Positions 8,925 through 20,019 of a DNA stretch of 64,000 nt are shown here, piece after piece. The stretch's first letter is position 1, and each line of letters opens with the position of its first letter. The DNA comes from Thermodesulfovibrionales bacterium (GTDB lineage Bacteria; Nitrospirota; Thermodesulfovibrionia; Thermodesulfovibrionales; SM23-35), in NCBI GenBank assembly GCA_963715195.1, contig CAVQRT010000002.1, forward strand, positions 1 through 64,000, written 5' to 3'. Under the pieces are notes generated by a model. That model worked only from the letters and a program-made list of their open reading frames with translations. It did not search any database and was not told the origin of the DNA. Position numbers and translations under genes: made by a program.

Positions 8925-9212
8925 ATGAAGTTTAAACCGTTGAGAGACAGAGTATTTGTAAAATTTTCCTCAGAGGAGGAAAAGACGGCAGGAGGGCTTT
9001 ACATCCCTGATACTGCAAAAGAGAAACCCCAGAGGGGCACCGTCGTTGCCGTCGGTCCCGGCAGGGTGACAGATGATGGGAAACGCCAGCCAATGGATGT
9101 AAAGGTGGGCGACACGATTCTTTTCGACAAATATTCCGGCTCAAAGATCAAAATTGATGATGAAGAATATCTCATCATCCGCGAAGAAGACATCTTGGGA
9201 ATCGTCGAATAA
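8925..9212 (+). CDS. groES: Co-chaperonin GroES
   Basis: [26 protein letters not shown] motifs. Confidence 0.98.
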   Translation: MKFKPLRDRVFVKFSSEEEKTAGGLYIPDTAKEKPQRGTVVAVGPGRVTDDGKRQPMDVKVGDTILFDKYSGSKIKIDDEEYLIIREEDILGIVE

Positions 9213-9249
9213 GGGACAATATCAACAATAGATAAGGAGGAACTATAGG

Positions 9250-10878
9250 ATGGCGAAGCAGTTACTTTTTAATGATGAAGCAAGAAACGCTATACTCAAA
9301 GGCATAAGTATGCTCACCGATGCGGTGAAAGCTACGTTAGGCCCCAAGGGAAGGAATGCAATCCTTGACAAAAAGTATGGTGCACCCACAATAACAAAAG
9401 ACGGTGTTACCGTTGCAAAAGAGATTGAGTTGAAGGATCCGTGGGAAAACATGGGTGCGCAGCTTGTCAGGGAAGTCGCCTCAAAGACATCGGATACTGC
9501 AGGTGACGGTACAACAACGGCTACAGTTCTTGCACACGCAATTTACCGGGAAGGTATGAAGCATGTTGTTGCCGGTGCGAACACAATGGATATCAAGAAG
9601 GGGATAGAGAAGGCAGTTGAGGTAGTTGTCGACCAACTCAAAGAACTCAGCAAACCGGTGCAAGACAAGAAAGAGATTGCCCAGGTTGGCACAATCTCCG
9701 CAAATAATGACGCTTCCGTCGGTGAATTAATTGCAGAAGCGATGGATAAGGTCGGCAAGGACGGCGTTATCACCGTTGAAGAAGCAAAAAGCATGGCAAC
9801 AATGCTTGATGTCGTCGAAGGAATGCAGTTTGACAGAGGATATATCTCACCATATTTCATAACCGATCCTGAACGCATGGAATGCGTCCTTGAAGACGCT
9901 TTTATTCTGATCCACGAAAAGAAGATTTCGAGCATGAAAGATCTGTTGCCGATCCTTGAGCAGACTGCAAAGATGGGGAAACCTCTCCTGATCCTCGCAG
10001 AAGAAGTCGAAGGAGAAGCCCTCGCCACCCTCGTCGTGAATAAACTGCGGGGAACGATTCAGGTCTCCGCCGTTAAAGCCCCTGGGTTTGGAGACAGACG
10101 CAAGGCAATGCTCGAGGATATCGCTGTCCTGACCGGTGGCACGATGATATCCGAGGACCTCGGCATTAAACTGGAGAATATAAAGATATCAGATCTCGGC
10201 AGAGCCAAGAAAATTAATATCGACAAGGAAAATACGACGATTGTCGAAGGCGCCGGTGACCCTCAGAAGATTCAGGGCAGGGTAAAACAGATCAAGACAC
10301 AGATAGAGGAAACTACCTCCGACTATGACAGGGAAAAACTCCAGGAAAGGCTTGCAAAACTCGTAGGCGGTGTTGCGGTCATCAACGTCGGTGCAGCAAC
10401 CGAGACAGAAATGAAGGAGAAAAAGGCACGTGTCGAAGACGCTTTGAATGCTACGAGAGCAGCCGTTGAGGAAGGGATTATCCCCGGTGGAGGGGTTGCT
10501 CTTCTGAGATGTCTTTCTGCTCTCAAGGGCCTCAAACTTCAGAATGACAAGCAGATCGGAGTTGAGATTATCCGGAGAGCCCTTGAAGAGCCGATACGGC
10601 AGATCGTTAATAATGCTGGGATCGAAGGTTCGGTTGTCGTTGAAAAGGTCAAACATGCCAAAGATGTTAATTTTGGTTTTGATGCCGATAAGGAAGAGTA
10701 TGTCGATATGATGAAGGCTGGCATCATTGACCCCACAAAGGTCACCCGGTACGCATTACAGAATGCCGCATCAGTTGCGGCGCTTATGCTCACAACCTCT
10801 GTGATGATAACAGACATTCCGGAAGAAAAACCTGAACCTGCAATGCCTCCGGGCGGCGGGATGGGCGGAATGTACTAA
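9250..10878 (+). CDS. groEL: Chaperonin GroEL
   Basis: [19 protein letters not shown] tail. Confidence 0.99.
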   Translation: MAKQLLFNDEARNAILKGISMLTDAVKATLGPKGRNAILDKKYGAPTITKDGVTVAKEIELKDPWENMGAQLVREVASKTSDTAGDGTTTATVLAHAIYREGMKHVVAGANTMDIKKGIEKAVEVVVDQLKELSKPVQDKKEIAQVGTISANNDASVGELIAEAMDKVGKDGVITVEEAKSMATMLDVVEGMQFDRGYISPYFITDPERMECVLEDAFILIHEKKISSMKDLLPILEQTAKMGKPLLILAEEVEGEALATLVVNKLRGTIQVSAVKAPGFGDRRKAMLEDIAVLTGGTMISEDLGIKLENIKISDLGRAKKINIDKENTTIVEGAGDPQKIQGRVKQIKTQIEETTSDYDREKLQERLAKLVGGVAVINVGAATETEMKEKKARVEDALNATRAAVEEGIIPGGGVALLRCLSALKGLKLQNDKQIGVEIIRRALEEPIRQIVNNAGIEGSVVVEKVKHAKDVNFGFDADKEEYVDMMKAGIIDPTKVTRYALQNAASVAALMLTTSVMITDIPEEKPEPAMPPGGGMGGMY

Positions 10879-10915
10879 AATATTCCTCCAGCCGGCTATT
10901 AGCATACAATACATG

Positions 10916-10954
10916 AAAAGCGAGGGGGGCTACCATTTACCCCCTCGCTTTTTT
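10916..10954 (+). terminator. Intrinsic terminator of groESL
   Basis: AAAAGCGAGGGGG...CCCCCTCGCTTTTTT. Confidence 0.85.
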
Positions 10955-11008
10955 GCAAAAGCTCCCGACTGTTTGACTATCATTTAGCACTTTTGTCATC
11001 CTAAGACT

Positions 11009-12073
11009 ATGAAAAAACCTCTTATCCTCACCTTTGCGGGCATTCTGCTTGCCATCGCGCTCTATGGTTCATTTCAACTCCTAGCTCCTCTCCCTGTCTG
11101 CAATGGATATTTCGAAGTCGAAATCCCCAAAGGTGCAACATTCAGGCAGGCTGCTGAGATATTTTCACAGGAACGTATCATCTCAGACAAAAACCTCTTT
11201 TTATTTATCGGAAGGGTAACCGGTATTGACCGGAAGATCAGGGCTGGTTTCTATTCTGTTTACCGTTCCATGAATCTCCTCGATCTTTTAAAAACCCTGA
11301 AAAAGGGTCAGATCATAGAAAACGAGATAACAGTAATTGAAGGTGATTCCTTATGGGAGATTGCGGCTAAATTATCTGAGAAAAACATCATACAAGAGGA
11401 CGTATTCCGTCAGCTTGCTTTTGACAGAAGTTTCTTGGCTTTATATAACATTGATGCTCCCTCCCTCGAAGGATACCTTTACCCTGACACTTACAGGATC
11501 CCCAAAGGTATGGATCCGAAAGAAGCCATCGGCATGATGATCAATACACTGAGACAGCAATTTTCAGAAAAACTCAGAGCACGGGCTTTGGAAATCGGTA
11601 TGTCAGAGAGAAAAGTCCTAACGCTTGCATCAATCATCGAAAAAGAGGCTGCCACAGATGAGGAAAGGCCACTGATTTCCGCTGTATACCATAACAGACT
11701 AAGGAAGAAGATTCTTCTCCAGGCAGATCCGACAGCTATTTACGGGATAAAAAGCTCACGAGAAAAAATAACGTTGGAGGATCTGAAACGTAAAACGAAA
11801 TACAACACTTACATCATTAAGGGACTGCCCCCCGGCCCTATCTCATCGGCGAGCATCAAATCAATCGTTGCAGCACTCTATCCCTCAGATGTGCAGTACC
11901 TTTTTTTTGTATCAAACAATGATGGAACCCATCGTTTCTCCGTTACTGCCGCTGAACACGAGGCCGCTGTCAGGGCATACAGGGAGAAGAAACAGGCAGC
12001 GGATGAGCAGGGGAAAATAGATCGTAATATGGATCGTAATCAGGGGAAAAAGGAAGAACATGGTTCCTCGTAA
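11009..12073 (+). CDS. mltG: Endolytic transglycosylase MltG
   Basis: N-terminal TM, LEGYLYPDTY, LASIIEKE, LQADPT, GLPPGPI. Confidence 0.95.
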   Translation: MKKPLILTFAGILLAIALYGSFQLLAPLPVCNGYFEVEIPKGATFRQAAEIFSQERIISDKNLFLFIGRVTGIDRKIRAGFYSVYRSMNLLDLLKTLKKGQIIENEITVIEGDSLWEIAAKLSEKNIIQEDVFRQLAFDRSFLALYNIDAPSLEGYLYPDTYRIPKGMDPKEAIGMMINTLRQQFSEKLRARALEIGMSERKVLTLASIIEKEAATDEERPLISAVYHNRLRKKILLQADPTAIYGIKSSREKITLEDLKRKTKYNTYIIKGLPPGPISSASIKSIVAALYPSDVQYLFFVSNNDGTHRFSVTAAEHEAAVRAYREKKQAADEQGKIDRNMDRNQGKKEEHGSS

Positions 12074-13118
12074 AAAGACGGCTGTCATTCAACTAGGAGA
12101 TGTCCCCATTGGCGGCGGTCATCCGGTCGTCGTTCAGTCCATGACAAAAACAGACACTGCTGATATAAAATCGACGGTCAACCAGATAAAGGCTCTTGAA
12201 AGAGCAGGCTGTGAAATTATCAGACTCGCTGTTCCTGATATGACGGCTGCAATGGCACTCGGCAGGATAAAAAAATCGATTGCGATTCCGATGATTGCAG
12301 ACATCCATTTTGACTGGAGGCTTGCACTTGAAGCTGTTAGGCAGGGCGTTGACGGACTCAGAATAAATCCGGGCAATATCGGAGCAAAGTGGAAAATACG
12401 AGAGGTGATCAGTGCTGCAAACGATAACGGAATCCCGATTCGGATTGGTGTAAATGCCGGCTCCCTGGAGAGAGACCTCCTCCAGAAATACCGGCATCCG
12501 AAGCCGGAGGCGCTTGTTGAGAGTGCTGGAAGGCATATCAGAATGCTTGAAGACTCCAATTTCACAAAGATTAAGGTTTCTCTCAAAGCGTCAGATGTAC
12601 TGAAAACAGTCGATGCATACCGGTTATTTTCTCAGCAATATGCTTACCCCCTTCACGTCGGCATATCTGAAGCCGGGCCGCCATCAACGGGAATCATCAA
12701 GAGTTCGGTCGGAATTGGCATACTGCTTTCCGAAGGTATTGGAGACACAATCAGGGTATCTCTTACGGCTTCACCCAAAGAGGAAATACGGGTTGCCTAT
12801 GCCATTCTCGCCTCACTCGGCCTGCGGAAGAGAGGGGTGAATATCATCTCCTGCCCCACGTGCGGACGATGCACGATAGATTTGAGGAAACTTGTCAGAA
12901 GCGTTGAGAACAGAACAAGAAAACTCGATACGCCTCTTACGGTTGCAGTTATGGGATGCATCGTCAATGGGCCTGGTGAAGCACGAGAGGCTGACATCGG
13001 GATAGCCGGCAGCAGGGGAAGAGGCATTCTCTTCAGAAAGGGTAAAATCGTTAGGAAATTACCTGAAGAGCAGCTCCTTGACGCACTCTTTGATGAACTT
13101 GCTTTTGATGCTTCATAA
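12060..13118 (+). CDS. ispG: (E)-4-hydroxy-3-methylbut-2-enyl-diphosphate synthase
   Basis: VQSMT, ADIHF, RINPGN, CPTCGR, GCIVNGPGE. Confidence 0.97.
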   Translation: MVPRKKTAVIQLGDVPIGGGHPVVVQSMTKTDTADIKSTVNQIKALERAGCEIIRLAVPDMTAAMALGRIKKSIAIPMIADIHFDWRLALEAVRQGVDGLRINPGNIGAKWKIREVISAANDNGIPIRIGVNAGSLERDLLQKYRHPKPEALVESAGRHIRMLEDSNFTKIKVSLKASDVLKTVDAYRLFSQQYAYPLHVGISEAGPPSTGIIKSSVGIGILLSEGIGDTIRVSLTASPKEEIRVAYAILASLGLRKRGVNIISCPTCGRCTIDLRKLVRSVENRTRKLDTPLTVAVMGCIVNGPGEAREADIGIAGSRGRGILFRKGKIVRKLPEEQLLDALFDELAFDAS

Positions 13119-13174
13119 ACAACGTATCGTCGATCCGCGACACCAGATCATGGTCTACAATACAGATGAAGACT

Positions 13175-14422
13175 TCAGGATATGATAGGCTGAGGCTTAT
13201 CGGCATCGGACTCTGAAAAGAGATATGATTGATGCAGAATTACACGATTTCTCCCCTCAGACTTTGCCTTGTATAGCGACATATCCGCAAGCTGGATAAC
13301 TTTATAAATGGAGTCTCCATCAACGGGGAAACTTGCCACCCCGCCGCTGATTGATATCCGACCGAGCGGCTGTGTTTCGCGATGCCTGAAAGGATGCTCC
13401 GCTATCTTTTCCCGGAGACGTTCGGCATAGATAAAGGCATCTGTTTTGGTTATGCCGGGGAGCATAACAATGAATTCCTCTCCGCCATAGCGCACAATTA
13501 CTGAATTTCTTCGTGTAACAGCCCGCATAATATCGCTGAGCTCCTTTAAAAGCGTATCTCCTTCATCATGACCATTCGTATCATTGTAATGTTTGAAATT
13601 ATCGATATCAAAGAGAAAGATCGAAATCTCGGTACCTTCTCTGATTGCTTTCTCCACAAAATTCTGGGCCATATGGAAAAGATAATTGCGGTTATTCAAT
13701 CCTGTTAAGGCATCAGTATTCGCTTTGTGTTTGGCTTCTCCGAGCATCGTCTGGTTTATGAGTGCCACCCCCGCTATATCAGCAATCATTTTCATCAGAT
13801 CGATTTCATTGCCGACCGGGTGAGAAATTGATCCAATTCCGATGACTCCGAGCAGGCGGTCCTTAAACTGAATCGGAACCGCCATCCACAGATTTGATTC
13901 AGGTTGCTGAGCATCCCTCTGTGCATTTTGCATTTTATTGAAATGTTCCTTCATCTGCACCATGCGGTGCTGTGCTGCCAGGCCTACCATCCCTTCACCC
14001 ATAGCATACAAAGCATGCCCCTGTTCTTCGTTTCGAGACGATACTTCCTTCAGATAATTGTCTGTACCATCGAGGAGATAGAATTCAACCGTTTTTGTGG
14101 AAACCATTTCGTTTATGAGATCGACAACAGACGTAATGATCTCATCGACTTTCAGGGTAGCGTTCAACCGCTGAACAACCGTCGGAATTTTCAATAGAAA
14201 AGACAGGTAACGGTCATTGAGCTTGTTCAGGTCAGCCACGTTGCTCCTGAGTTCATGTATCTGCCTGTCTCTGACAAGTATTTCCTTCAGATACGTAGCA
14301 TTATGCTCTTTATCATCTTTTCCCCGTTTCTGGCTGGAACCAATTGACTGGCCGATATGGTACGCCGAGTATATCAGTGCGATACCGATCAACAGCGTTA
14401 AACCGATCAAGACATGATTCAT
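13175..14422 (-). CDS. Membrane-anchored GAF-GGDEF diguanylate cyclase
   Basis: N-terminal TM and coiled coil, GAF-like region, DALTGL, DIDNFK, RYGGEEF. Confidence 0.92.
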   Translation of the reverse strand: MNHVLIGLTLLIGIALIYSAYHIGQSIGSSQKRGKDDKEHNATYLKEILVRDRQIHELRSNVADLNKLNDRYLSFLLKIPTVVQRLNATLKVDEIITSVVDLINEMVSTKTVEFYLLDGTDNYLKEVSSRNEEQGHALYAMGEGMVGLAAQHRMVQMKEHFNKMQNAQRDAQQPESNLWMAVPIQFKDRLLGVIGIGSISHPVGNEIDLMKMIADIAGVALINQTMLGEAKHKANTDALTGLNNRNYLFHMAQNFVEKAIREGTEISIFLFDIDNFKHYNDTNGHDEGDTLLKELSDIMRAVTRRNSVIVRYGGEEFIVMLPGITKTDAFIYAERLREKIAEHPFRHRETQPLGRISISGGVASFPVDGDSIYKVIQLADMSLYKAKSEGRNRVILHQSYLFSESDADKPQPIIS

Positions 14423-14479
14423 AATAAAATCCCTCCGTCTGTTGTTATCAAAATGGAGAGGGCAGTTCGATCAATTTGA

Positions 14480-14647
14480 TTATCTGGTCCCTGCTGCTTT
14501 CCGTGGATGAATATTCCATTTATTATTCTTCTTGATAAGATCATCTAACTCCTGGTACATTTGGGTTACCCCAATTTTGCAGAGGACACAGATATTGTCC
14601 TCCTGATATGTTTCATTGTTGCATTTCTTGCATTTTTTCACCTTCAT
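14480..14647 (-). CDS. 55-aa zinc-ribbon-like protein (CxxC-x10-CxxC)
   Basis: AGGGGGTG RBS. Translation MKVKKCKKCNNETYQEDNICVLCKIGVTQMYQELDDLIKKNNKWNIHPRKAAGTR*. Confidence 0.65.
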   Translation of the reverse strand: MKVKKCKKCNNETYQEDNICVLCKIGVTQMYQELDDLIKKNNKWNIHPRKAAGTR

Positions 14648-14713
14648 GCCGATTCACCCCCTTTATAAAAAAATCGCCGTCTCAAAGATTTTTCCGATAT
14701 TGCAGGGGGTTCA

Positions 14714-14730
14714 TGCAGAATGCATGCCAA
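14714..14730 (-). promoter_or_regulatory. sigma54 (-24/-12) promoter candidate
   Basis: Minus strand TTGGCATGCATTCTGCA (GG-N10-GC) with an AT-rich tract upstream. Confidence 0.6.
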
Positions 14731-14990
14731 TCCTCATAATTCATAATATATTGATATTTATAACAAAAAAGAATTGACCATTATGAATATTAGGCAAATT
14801 GACTAATTTTGTCATCTTGCGCTGCAAAGAGAGAGGCCCCACCGTTTCCCTTGGAAGAACGAACCGATATTGCCCCTTTCTCTTCGCCTCGGCGATTCAG
14901 CCTGAGTCCGGAAAAGGTTGATGGGATTTGCTTATTGAATGGTTATTGTTTGTTTTTCGAACAGCAGACTCTTCCCCTGAAAAATGCTTT

Positions 14991-15045
14991 AAAAAGAGCA
15001 GATGTTGTGAGATACATTATTTTTCGAACAATATCTGCTCTTTTT
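14991..15045 (-). terminator. Inverted repeat/terminator downstream of cimA
   Basis: AAAAAGAGCAGATGTTG...CAATATCTGCTCTTTTT. Confidence 0.6.
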
Positions 15046-15048
15046 GGG

Positions 15049-16617
15049 TCAGATATTTTCTTTCAGAAGCTTGTACTCGATACTGTCAACGAGAGCCTGG
15101 TATGACGCTTCAATAATATTCTCTGAAACCCCGACAGTTCCCCATCTCTCCTCTTCATCACCCGATTCGACAAGCACTCTTACCTTGGCAGCCGTGCCTT
15201 TTCCTGCTGTCAGAACACGAACCTTGTAATCATGGAGTTTGATATGCTTCAGGGCCGGATAAAAAGTATCAAGGGCTTTCCGCAACGCGTTGTCAATGGC
15301 ATTCACCGGGCCCTTCCCAGTCGCGGCTGTGTGTTCGACGCGGCCACCGACCTTGACCATAATGGTTGCTTCACTGATGGATTCCTCGCCCTCTTTCCTT
15401 TTTTCGATTATGGTTCTGAATCCTATAAGATCAAAAAACCGCTTATGAAGACCGAGGGCTTTTTTCATTAAGAGTTCAAATGAAGCCTCTGCTGCCTCGA
15501 ACTGAAATCCTTCATTTTCAAGGTGCTTCAAGGTGGTAACGATGTCCTGTATCTGCGGGGCGTCCGGATCCAGGCGAATGCCAAATTCCTCGGCCTTCCT
15601 GAGTATGTTGCTCTTCCCTGCCAGGTCGGAAATCAAAACTCTCTGGGAATTGCCCACAAGTTCAGGACGGATATGCTCGTATGTTTCAGGCCTCTTGCGT
15701 ATGGCACTGACATGAATGCCGGCCTTATGCGCAAAGGCACTGTCTCCGACAAACGGCTGCCGTTTGAAATGCCGTATATTTGCTATCTCATTGACAAAGC
15801 GCGCCACATCCCTCAGCCTTTTCAGCTGTTCCGGTCTGATGCATTTCATGCCACGTTTGATCTGGAGATTGGGAATTACTGAACACAAGTTTGCATTACC
15901 GCACCGCTCACCAAGACCGTTTACTGTTCCCTGCACATGGCAGGCACCGCTTTCCACAGCAACAACGGAATTGGCAACCGCACAATCCGAATCATTGTGC
16001 GCATGAATTCCGAGAGGACTCCGGATAACCTTTTTGATTGCATGAAAGATCGTCTGCATGTCACCAGGCAGTGATCCACCATTCGTATCACAGGGGATGA
16101 TGCAGTCGGCTCCGGCTTTCTGTGCGGCCGCAAGACATTTCAATGCATATTTTGGATTGTCCTTATACCCGTCAAAAAAATGCTCTGCATCGAAGAAGAC
16201 CTTCGCGATATACTTTTTGAGATAGGCTATGGAATTGTAGATAATATCAAGATTCTCCTGCAGTGATATCTTGAGCGCCTCTTTTACATGGAAATCCCAT
16301 GTCTTTCCGAAAATAGTGACAAACTGGACATCCGCTTCAAGCAGTGAACGAAACATCGCATCATCATCTACGGTATAGTTTGGCCGGTGCGTACTGCCGA
16401 ATGCAACGACTCTGGATGTCCCGAGCTTGAGCTTTTTCACCCTCCTGAAATATTCCAGATCTTTTGGATTTGAGCCCGGCCACCCTCCCTCGACATAATG
16501 AATCCCCAGCTCATCCATCTTTTCGGTAATGCGGATTTTATCTTCAACAGAAAAGGCTATGCCCTCTGTCTGAGCACCGTCACGCAGGGTCGTATCGTAT
16601 ATTTCTATGTTTCGCAT
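15049..16617 (-). CDS. cimA: Citramalate synthase (LeuA/CimA family)
   Basis: YDTTLRDGAQ, EGGWPGSNPKD, FDAEHFFDG, HAHND. Start placed at MRNIEIY. Confidence 0.9.
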   Translation of the reverse strand: MRNIEIYDTTLRDGAQTEGIAFSVEDKIRITEKMDELGIHYVEGGWPGSNPKDLEYFRRVKKLKLGTSRVVAFGSTHRPNYTVDDDAMFRSLLEADVQFVTIFGKTWDFHVKEALKISLQENLDIIYNSIAYLKKYIAKVFFDAEHFFDGYKDNPKYALKCLAAAQKAGADCIIPCDTNGGSLPGDMQTIFHAIKKVIRSPLGIHAHNDSDCAVANSVVAVESGACHVQGTVNGLGERCGNANLCSVIPNLQIKRGMKCIRPEQLKRLRDVARFVNEIANIRHFKRQPFVGDSAFAHKAGIHVSAIRKRPETYEHIRPELVGNSQRVLISDLAGKSNILRKAEEFGIRLDPDAPQIQDIVTTLKHLENEGFQFEAAEASFELLMKKALGLHKRFFDLIGFRTIIEKRKEGEESISEATIMVKVGGRVEHTAATGKGPVNAIDNALRKALDTFYPALKHIKLHDYKVRVLTAGKGTAAKVRVLVESGDEEERWGTVGVSENIIEASYQALVDSIEYKLLKENI

Positions 16618-16648
16618 AATTTCAAAAGATCGGTATCCACAGGAACTC

Positions 16649-17893
16649 TTATCGCCTTGATTTTCCCCTGGTTTTCCTGACTGCATCAAGACCGAAAGCA
16701 TCGTGCAGAACCCTGACCGCCAGCTCGGTATACTTGGAATCGATGATGCAGGAGACCTTAATTTCCGATGTGCTGATCATCATGATGTTAATACGGTGCT
16801 GCGCGAGCGTTCCGAACATTTTAGCGGCAACACCTGAGTGAGTCCTCATACCGACACCGACAACTGAAACTTTTGCGATATCTTCCCGTAATTTAACTTC
16901 TTTTGCTCCGAGTTCGGAAACAATTTCACCGGTAATTTTCAAAGCCTTCTCACTGTCGGATTTTGGAACAGTAAAGGAGATATCTGTTTCTTTTCTGTCA
17001 CTGCTGACATTCTGCACAATCATATCGACAACGATATGAGCACCAGCAATGGCCTGAAAAAGTCTTGCCGCAACACCCGGCTTGTCAGGGACTGCGGTAA
17101 CCGTTATCTTCGACTGATTTTTGTCATATGCAACTCCTGATACAACAACTTTTTCCATATCCCTATCCTCCTTCACCACAAGTGTGCCGGGATTGTCATT
17201 GAAACTTGACCTCACCACAACAGGAACGTCATATATTTTTGCAAATTCGACTGACCGTGTCTGAAGAACCTTTGCCCCGAGACTTGCGAGTTCAAGCATT
17301 TCATCGTATGAAATCTTATCGAGTTTTCTCGCCTCGGGCACAATGTTGGGGTCTGTTGTGTAAACTCCGTCAACATCGGTATAGATCTCGCAAAGATCAG
17401 CCTCCAGTGCTGCAGCAATGGCAACTGCCGTTAAATCAGATCCCCCTCTTCCGAGAGTCGTTACCTCGGAAGTCTGGGTTATTCCCTGGAAACCGGCGAT
17501 AACCGGCACGAAACCCTTTGCAAGAGCTTTCTTCACTGTTTCACCGCTTATCTTTTCGATCTTTGCGCTGGTGTGAGCATCATCGGTAATGATCCCCACC
17601 TGTCTGCCGGTGAGGGAAAGAGCTTTCACTCCAAGACTACTGATAGCCATTGCAGTCAGGGCAGCGCTTATCCGCTCACCAGATGACAGCAGAAGATCCA
17701 TCTCACGACCTTCCGGATTCAAAGCAACCTTATTTGCAAGAGCAATCAGTTTATCTGTTTCGCCTGACATTGCAGACACAATGACAGCAACCCCATTCCC
17801 GTTCTTCCTCGCCCTGGCCACACGTTCTGCGACGGCTTTTATTCTCTCGATGCTGCCAACAGAGGTTCCGCCATACTTTTGTACGATCACCAT
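16649..17893 (-). CDS. lysC: Aspartate kinase
   Basis: [17 protein letters not shown], two ACT domains. Confidence 0.96.
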   Translation of the reverse strand: MVIVQKYGGTSVGSIERIKAVAERVARARKNGNGVAVIVSAMSGETDKLIALANKVALNPEGREMDLLLSSGERISAALTAMAISSLGVKALSLTGRQVGIITDDAHTSAKIEKISGETVKKALAKGFVPVIAGFQGITQTSEVTTLGRGGSDLTAVAIAAALEADLCEIYTDVDGVYTTDPNIVPEARKLDKISYDEMLELASLGAKVLQTRSVEFAKIYDVPVVVRSSFNDNPGTLVVKEDRDMEKVVVSGVAYDKNQSKITVTAVPDKPGVAARLFQAIAGAHIVVDMIVQNVSSDRKETDISFTVPKSDSEKALKITGEIVSELGAKEVKLREDIAKVSVVGVGMRTHSGVAAKMFGTLAQHRINIMMISTSEIKVSCIIDSKYTELAVRVLHDAFGLDAVRKTRGKSRR

Positions 17894-18137
17894 ACCAGTA
17901 AAAATATTCCTCCTGCTCGTGGCCGCGGGGAATTCTTCCCCCGGGTAATTTTATTCCATTATATCAGATTTCCCATGCATTGCTGGCAGCGGCCAGGTAA
18001 TCCAGAGATTTCGCCTGAAAAGTGCAGATGTGGCGAGAAAAATTATTTTTTGAACAATGTCTCCACTTTTCGGGATAAAGCAAAACAGCATCATGCCGAT
18101 ACAGGCAGCATTCATATGATAGAATAGAGGCAGTCAA

Positions 18138-20009
18138 ATGCATATCAGGATTGCATCAGGGAAGACCCTCGACAGCAGAGAAGACGAGAATCTCCTGCAG
18201 GCATTTAAAAGACAGGGTGTATATCTCGTTGCGTCCTGCGGAGGGAAAGGAATATGCGGCAAATGCCGCCTCAGGATTGTTCGGGGAGAGTACCGTACTG
18301 CACCAACGGGGAAGCTCACTCCGGAGGACACTGCATCGGGCATTGTCCTCGCCTGCCAGACTTTTCCCAAATCAGATATCTCGGCAGATATTCCGAAAGA
18401 GGCCCAGCTTGTTGTGGGAGATGTACTCGAACTTCCCAGAATAAAGGATCTTCTCGACAGTTTCCGTTCTTCAGGGGAGATACTGTCCCCTCTCGTAACA
18501 TGGACCTCCCTTGCAATCAGTCCCCCCACGATAGATGACAACATCAGCGATCTCGAACGCCTGAAAAAATCTCTCAGGTCCGGCGGATTCACGGACATGA
18601 GATTCTCTCACGCTTTTCTGTCGGTAATGGCGACCGAACTCCGTGAAGCCAGATGGGATATCAAGCTTGGATACATTGATGGCCCTGAGGCGGTCTTTCT
18701 CGCACCTTCTGCAGAGAGGATTCGATATGGATTAGCGGCAGATATCGGAACAACCACCATCGTGATGTTCCTTGTGAATCTTGATGACGGGTCTCTTTTG
18801 GACGTAGGATCAACCTACAATTCGCAAATCCGGTGCGGTGACGATGTAATCACAAGAATCGTGCATGCCACAGAATCCGGTGGTCTTGCGGAATTGCGGG
18901 ATGCGGTTGTAACCGACCTGAATGACCTGCTGATGCCCATGGCCGAAAAACACAAGATATCAGAAAAAAATATTGAATCGGTTGTCATCTCCGGGAATAC
19001 GACGATGACCCACCTTTTCTGGGGGCTGAATCCCGGATTTATCAGGGAAGAACCGTATACGCCAACCGTAAATTTCTTTCCCCTGTGGAAAGCCGGCATT
19101 ACGGGTTTGAAAACCGGCAGCCAAGTGCCCGTGTATACGGTACCCTGCGTGGCGAGCTATGTCGGCGGCGATATTGTCGCTGGAGTTCTCGCTTCAAAGA
19201 TGCATCAACAGAGCGGGGTGTCACTTTTTTTGGACATTGGGACAAACGGAGAAATCGTTATCGGCAACAGCGAATGGCTGGTAACGGCAGCGTGTTCCGC
19301 CGGCCCCTGTTTCGAAGGAAGCGGCATACGACATGGCATGAGGGCAACGGAAGGGGCAGTGGAATCGCTTACTATCAATCCGCAGACATTCGAACCCTCT
19401 CTCGGCGTCATCGGCAACTGTACCCCGATCGGGATATGCGGCTCCGGCATGATTGATGCGATAACGGAACTGTTTTTCACCGGTCTGATAGACCAGAAGG
19501 GTAAATTTATCAGCGGCCATGCTACGAAGAGAATCCGCGATGGTCTCGAGGGACCAGAATTCCTTATCTTCGGGAATGACAGCAGGGACCTCGTTCTGAC
19601 GGAAGTGGATATAGAAAATATTCTGAGAGCCAAGGCAGCGATCTATGCAGGGGTTTCCCTCCTCGTGAAAAAAATCGGCCTGACACTCGATACCATCGAA
19701 CGGATTTATATCGCCGGCGGATTCGGCAATTACTTGAATATCGAAAAGTCGATTATCATCGGCATGCTGCCTGATGTTCCAAGAGAAAAATTCCGGTTCA
19801 TCGGCAATGCTGCAATTGCCGGCGCGTATTTGTGCCTCCTCTCCGGGAAGATGAGAAAAGAAGCGGAAGAGATTGCAGGGAAAATGACCAATGTGGAATT
19901 ATCGGTATCCAGAAGATTTATGGATGAATACCTTTCAGCCCTCTTCCTTCCACACACCGATATCAGCCAGTTCCCGACAGTGGAAAAACTGCTGAAAAAC
20001 AGGGGCTAA
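18138..20009 (+). CDS. ASKHA-domain/DUF4445 2Fe-2S protein (RACo-like reductive activator of corrinoid proteins)
   Basis: CGGKGICGKC...LAC ferredoxin domain, DIGTTT, DIGTNGE, SAGPCFEG, GICGSG, AGGFG. Confidence 0.88.
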   Translation: MHIRIASGKTLDSREDENLLQAFKRQGVYLVASCGGKGICGKCRLRIVRGEYRTAPTGKLTPEDTASGIVLACQTFPKSDISADIPKEAQLVVGDVLELPRIKDLLDSFRSSGEILSPLVTWTSLAISPPTIDDNISDLERLKKSLRSGGFTDMRFSHAFLSVMATELREARWDIKLGYIDGPEAVFLAPSAERIRYGLAADIGTTTIVMFLVNLDDGSLLDVGSTYNSQIRCGDDVITRIVHATESGGLAELRDAVVTDLNDLLMPMAEKHKISEKNIESVVISGNTTMTHLFWGLNPGFIREEPYTPTVNFFPLWKAGITGLKTGSQVPVYTVPCVASYVGGDIVAGVLASKMHQQSGVSLFLDIGTNGEIVIGNSEWLVTAACSAGPCFEGSGIRHGMRATEGAVESLTINPQTFEPSLGVIGNCTPIGICGSGMIDAITELFFTGLIDQKGKFISGHATKRIRDGLEGPEFLIFGNDSRDLVLTEVDIENILRAKAAIYAGVSLLVKKIGLTLDTIERIYIAGGFGNYLNIEKSIIIGMLPDVPREKFRFIGNAAIAGAYLCLLSGKMRKEAEEIAGKMTNVELSVSRRFMDEYLSALFLPHTDISQFPTVEKLLKNRG

Positions 20010-20019
20010 CGAAATACAT

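Noticed and set aside
10984..10992. TTAGCACT half-CIRCE upstream of mltG
   Set aside because: No matching GAGTGCTAA arm at 9-nt spacing.
17894..18137. Lysine riboswitch or attenuator upstream of lysC
   Set aside because: Only a short GC hairpin is visible, and a TATAAT close to the gene leaves too little room for a lysine riboswitch.
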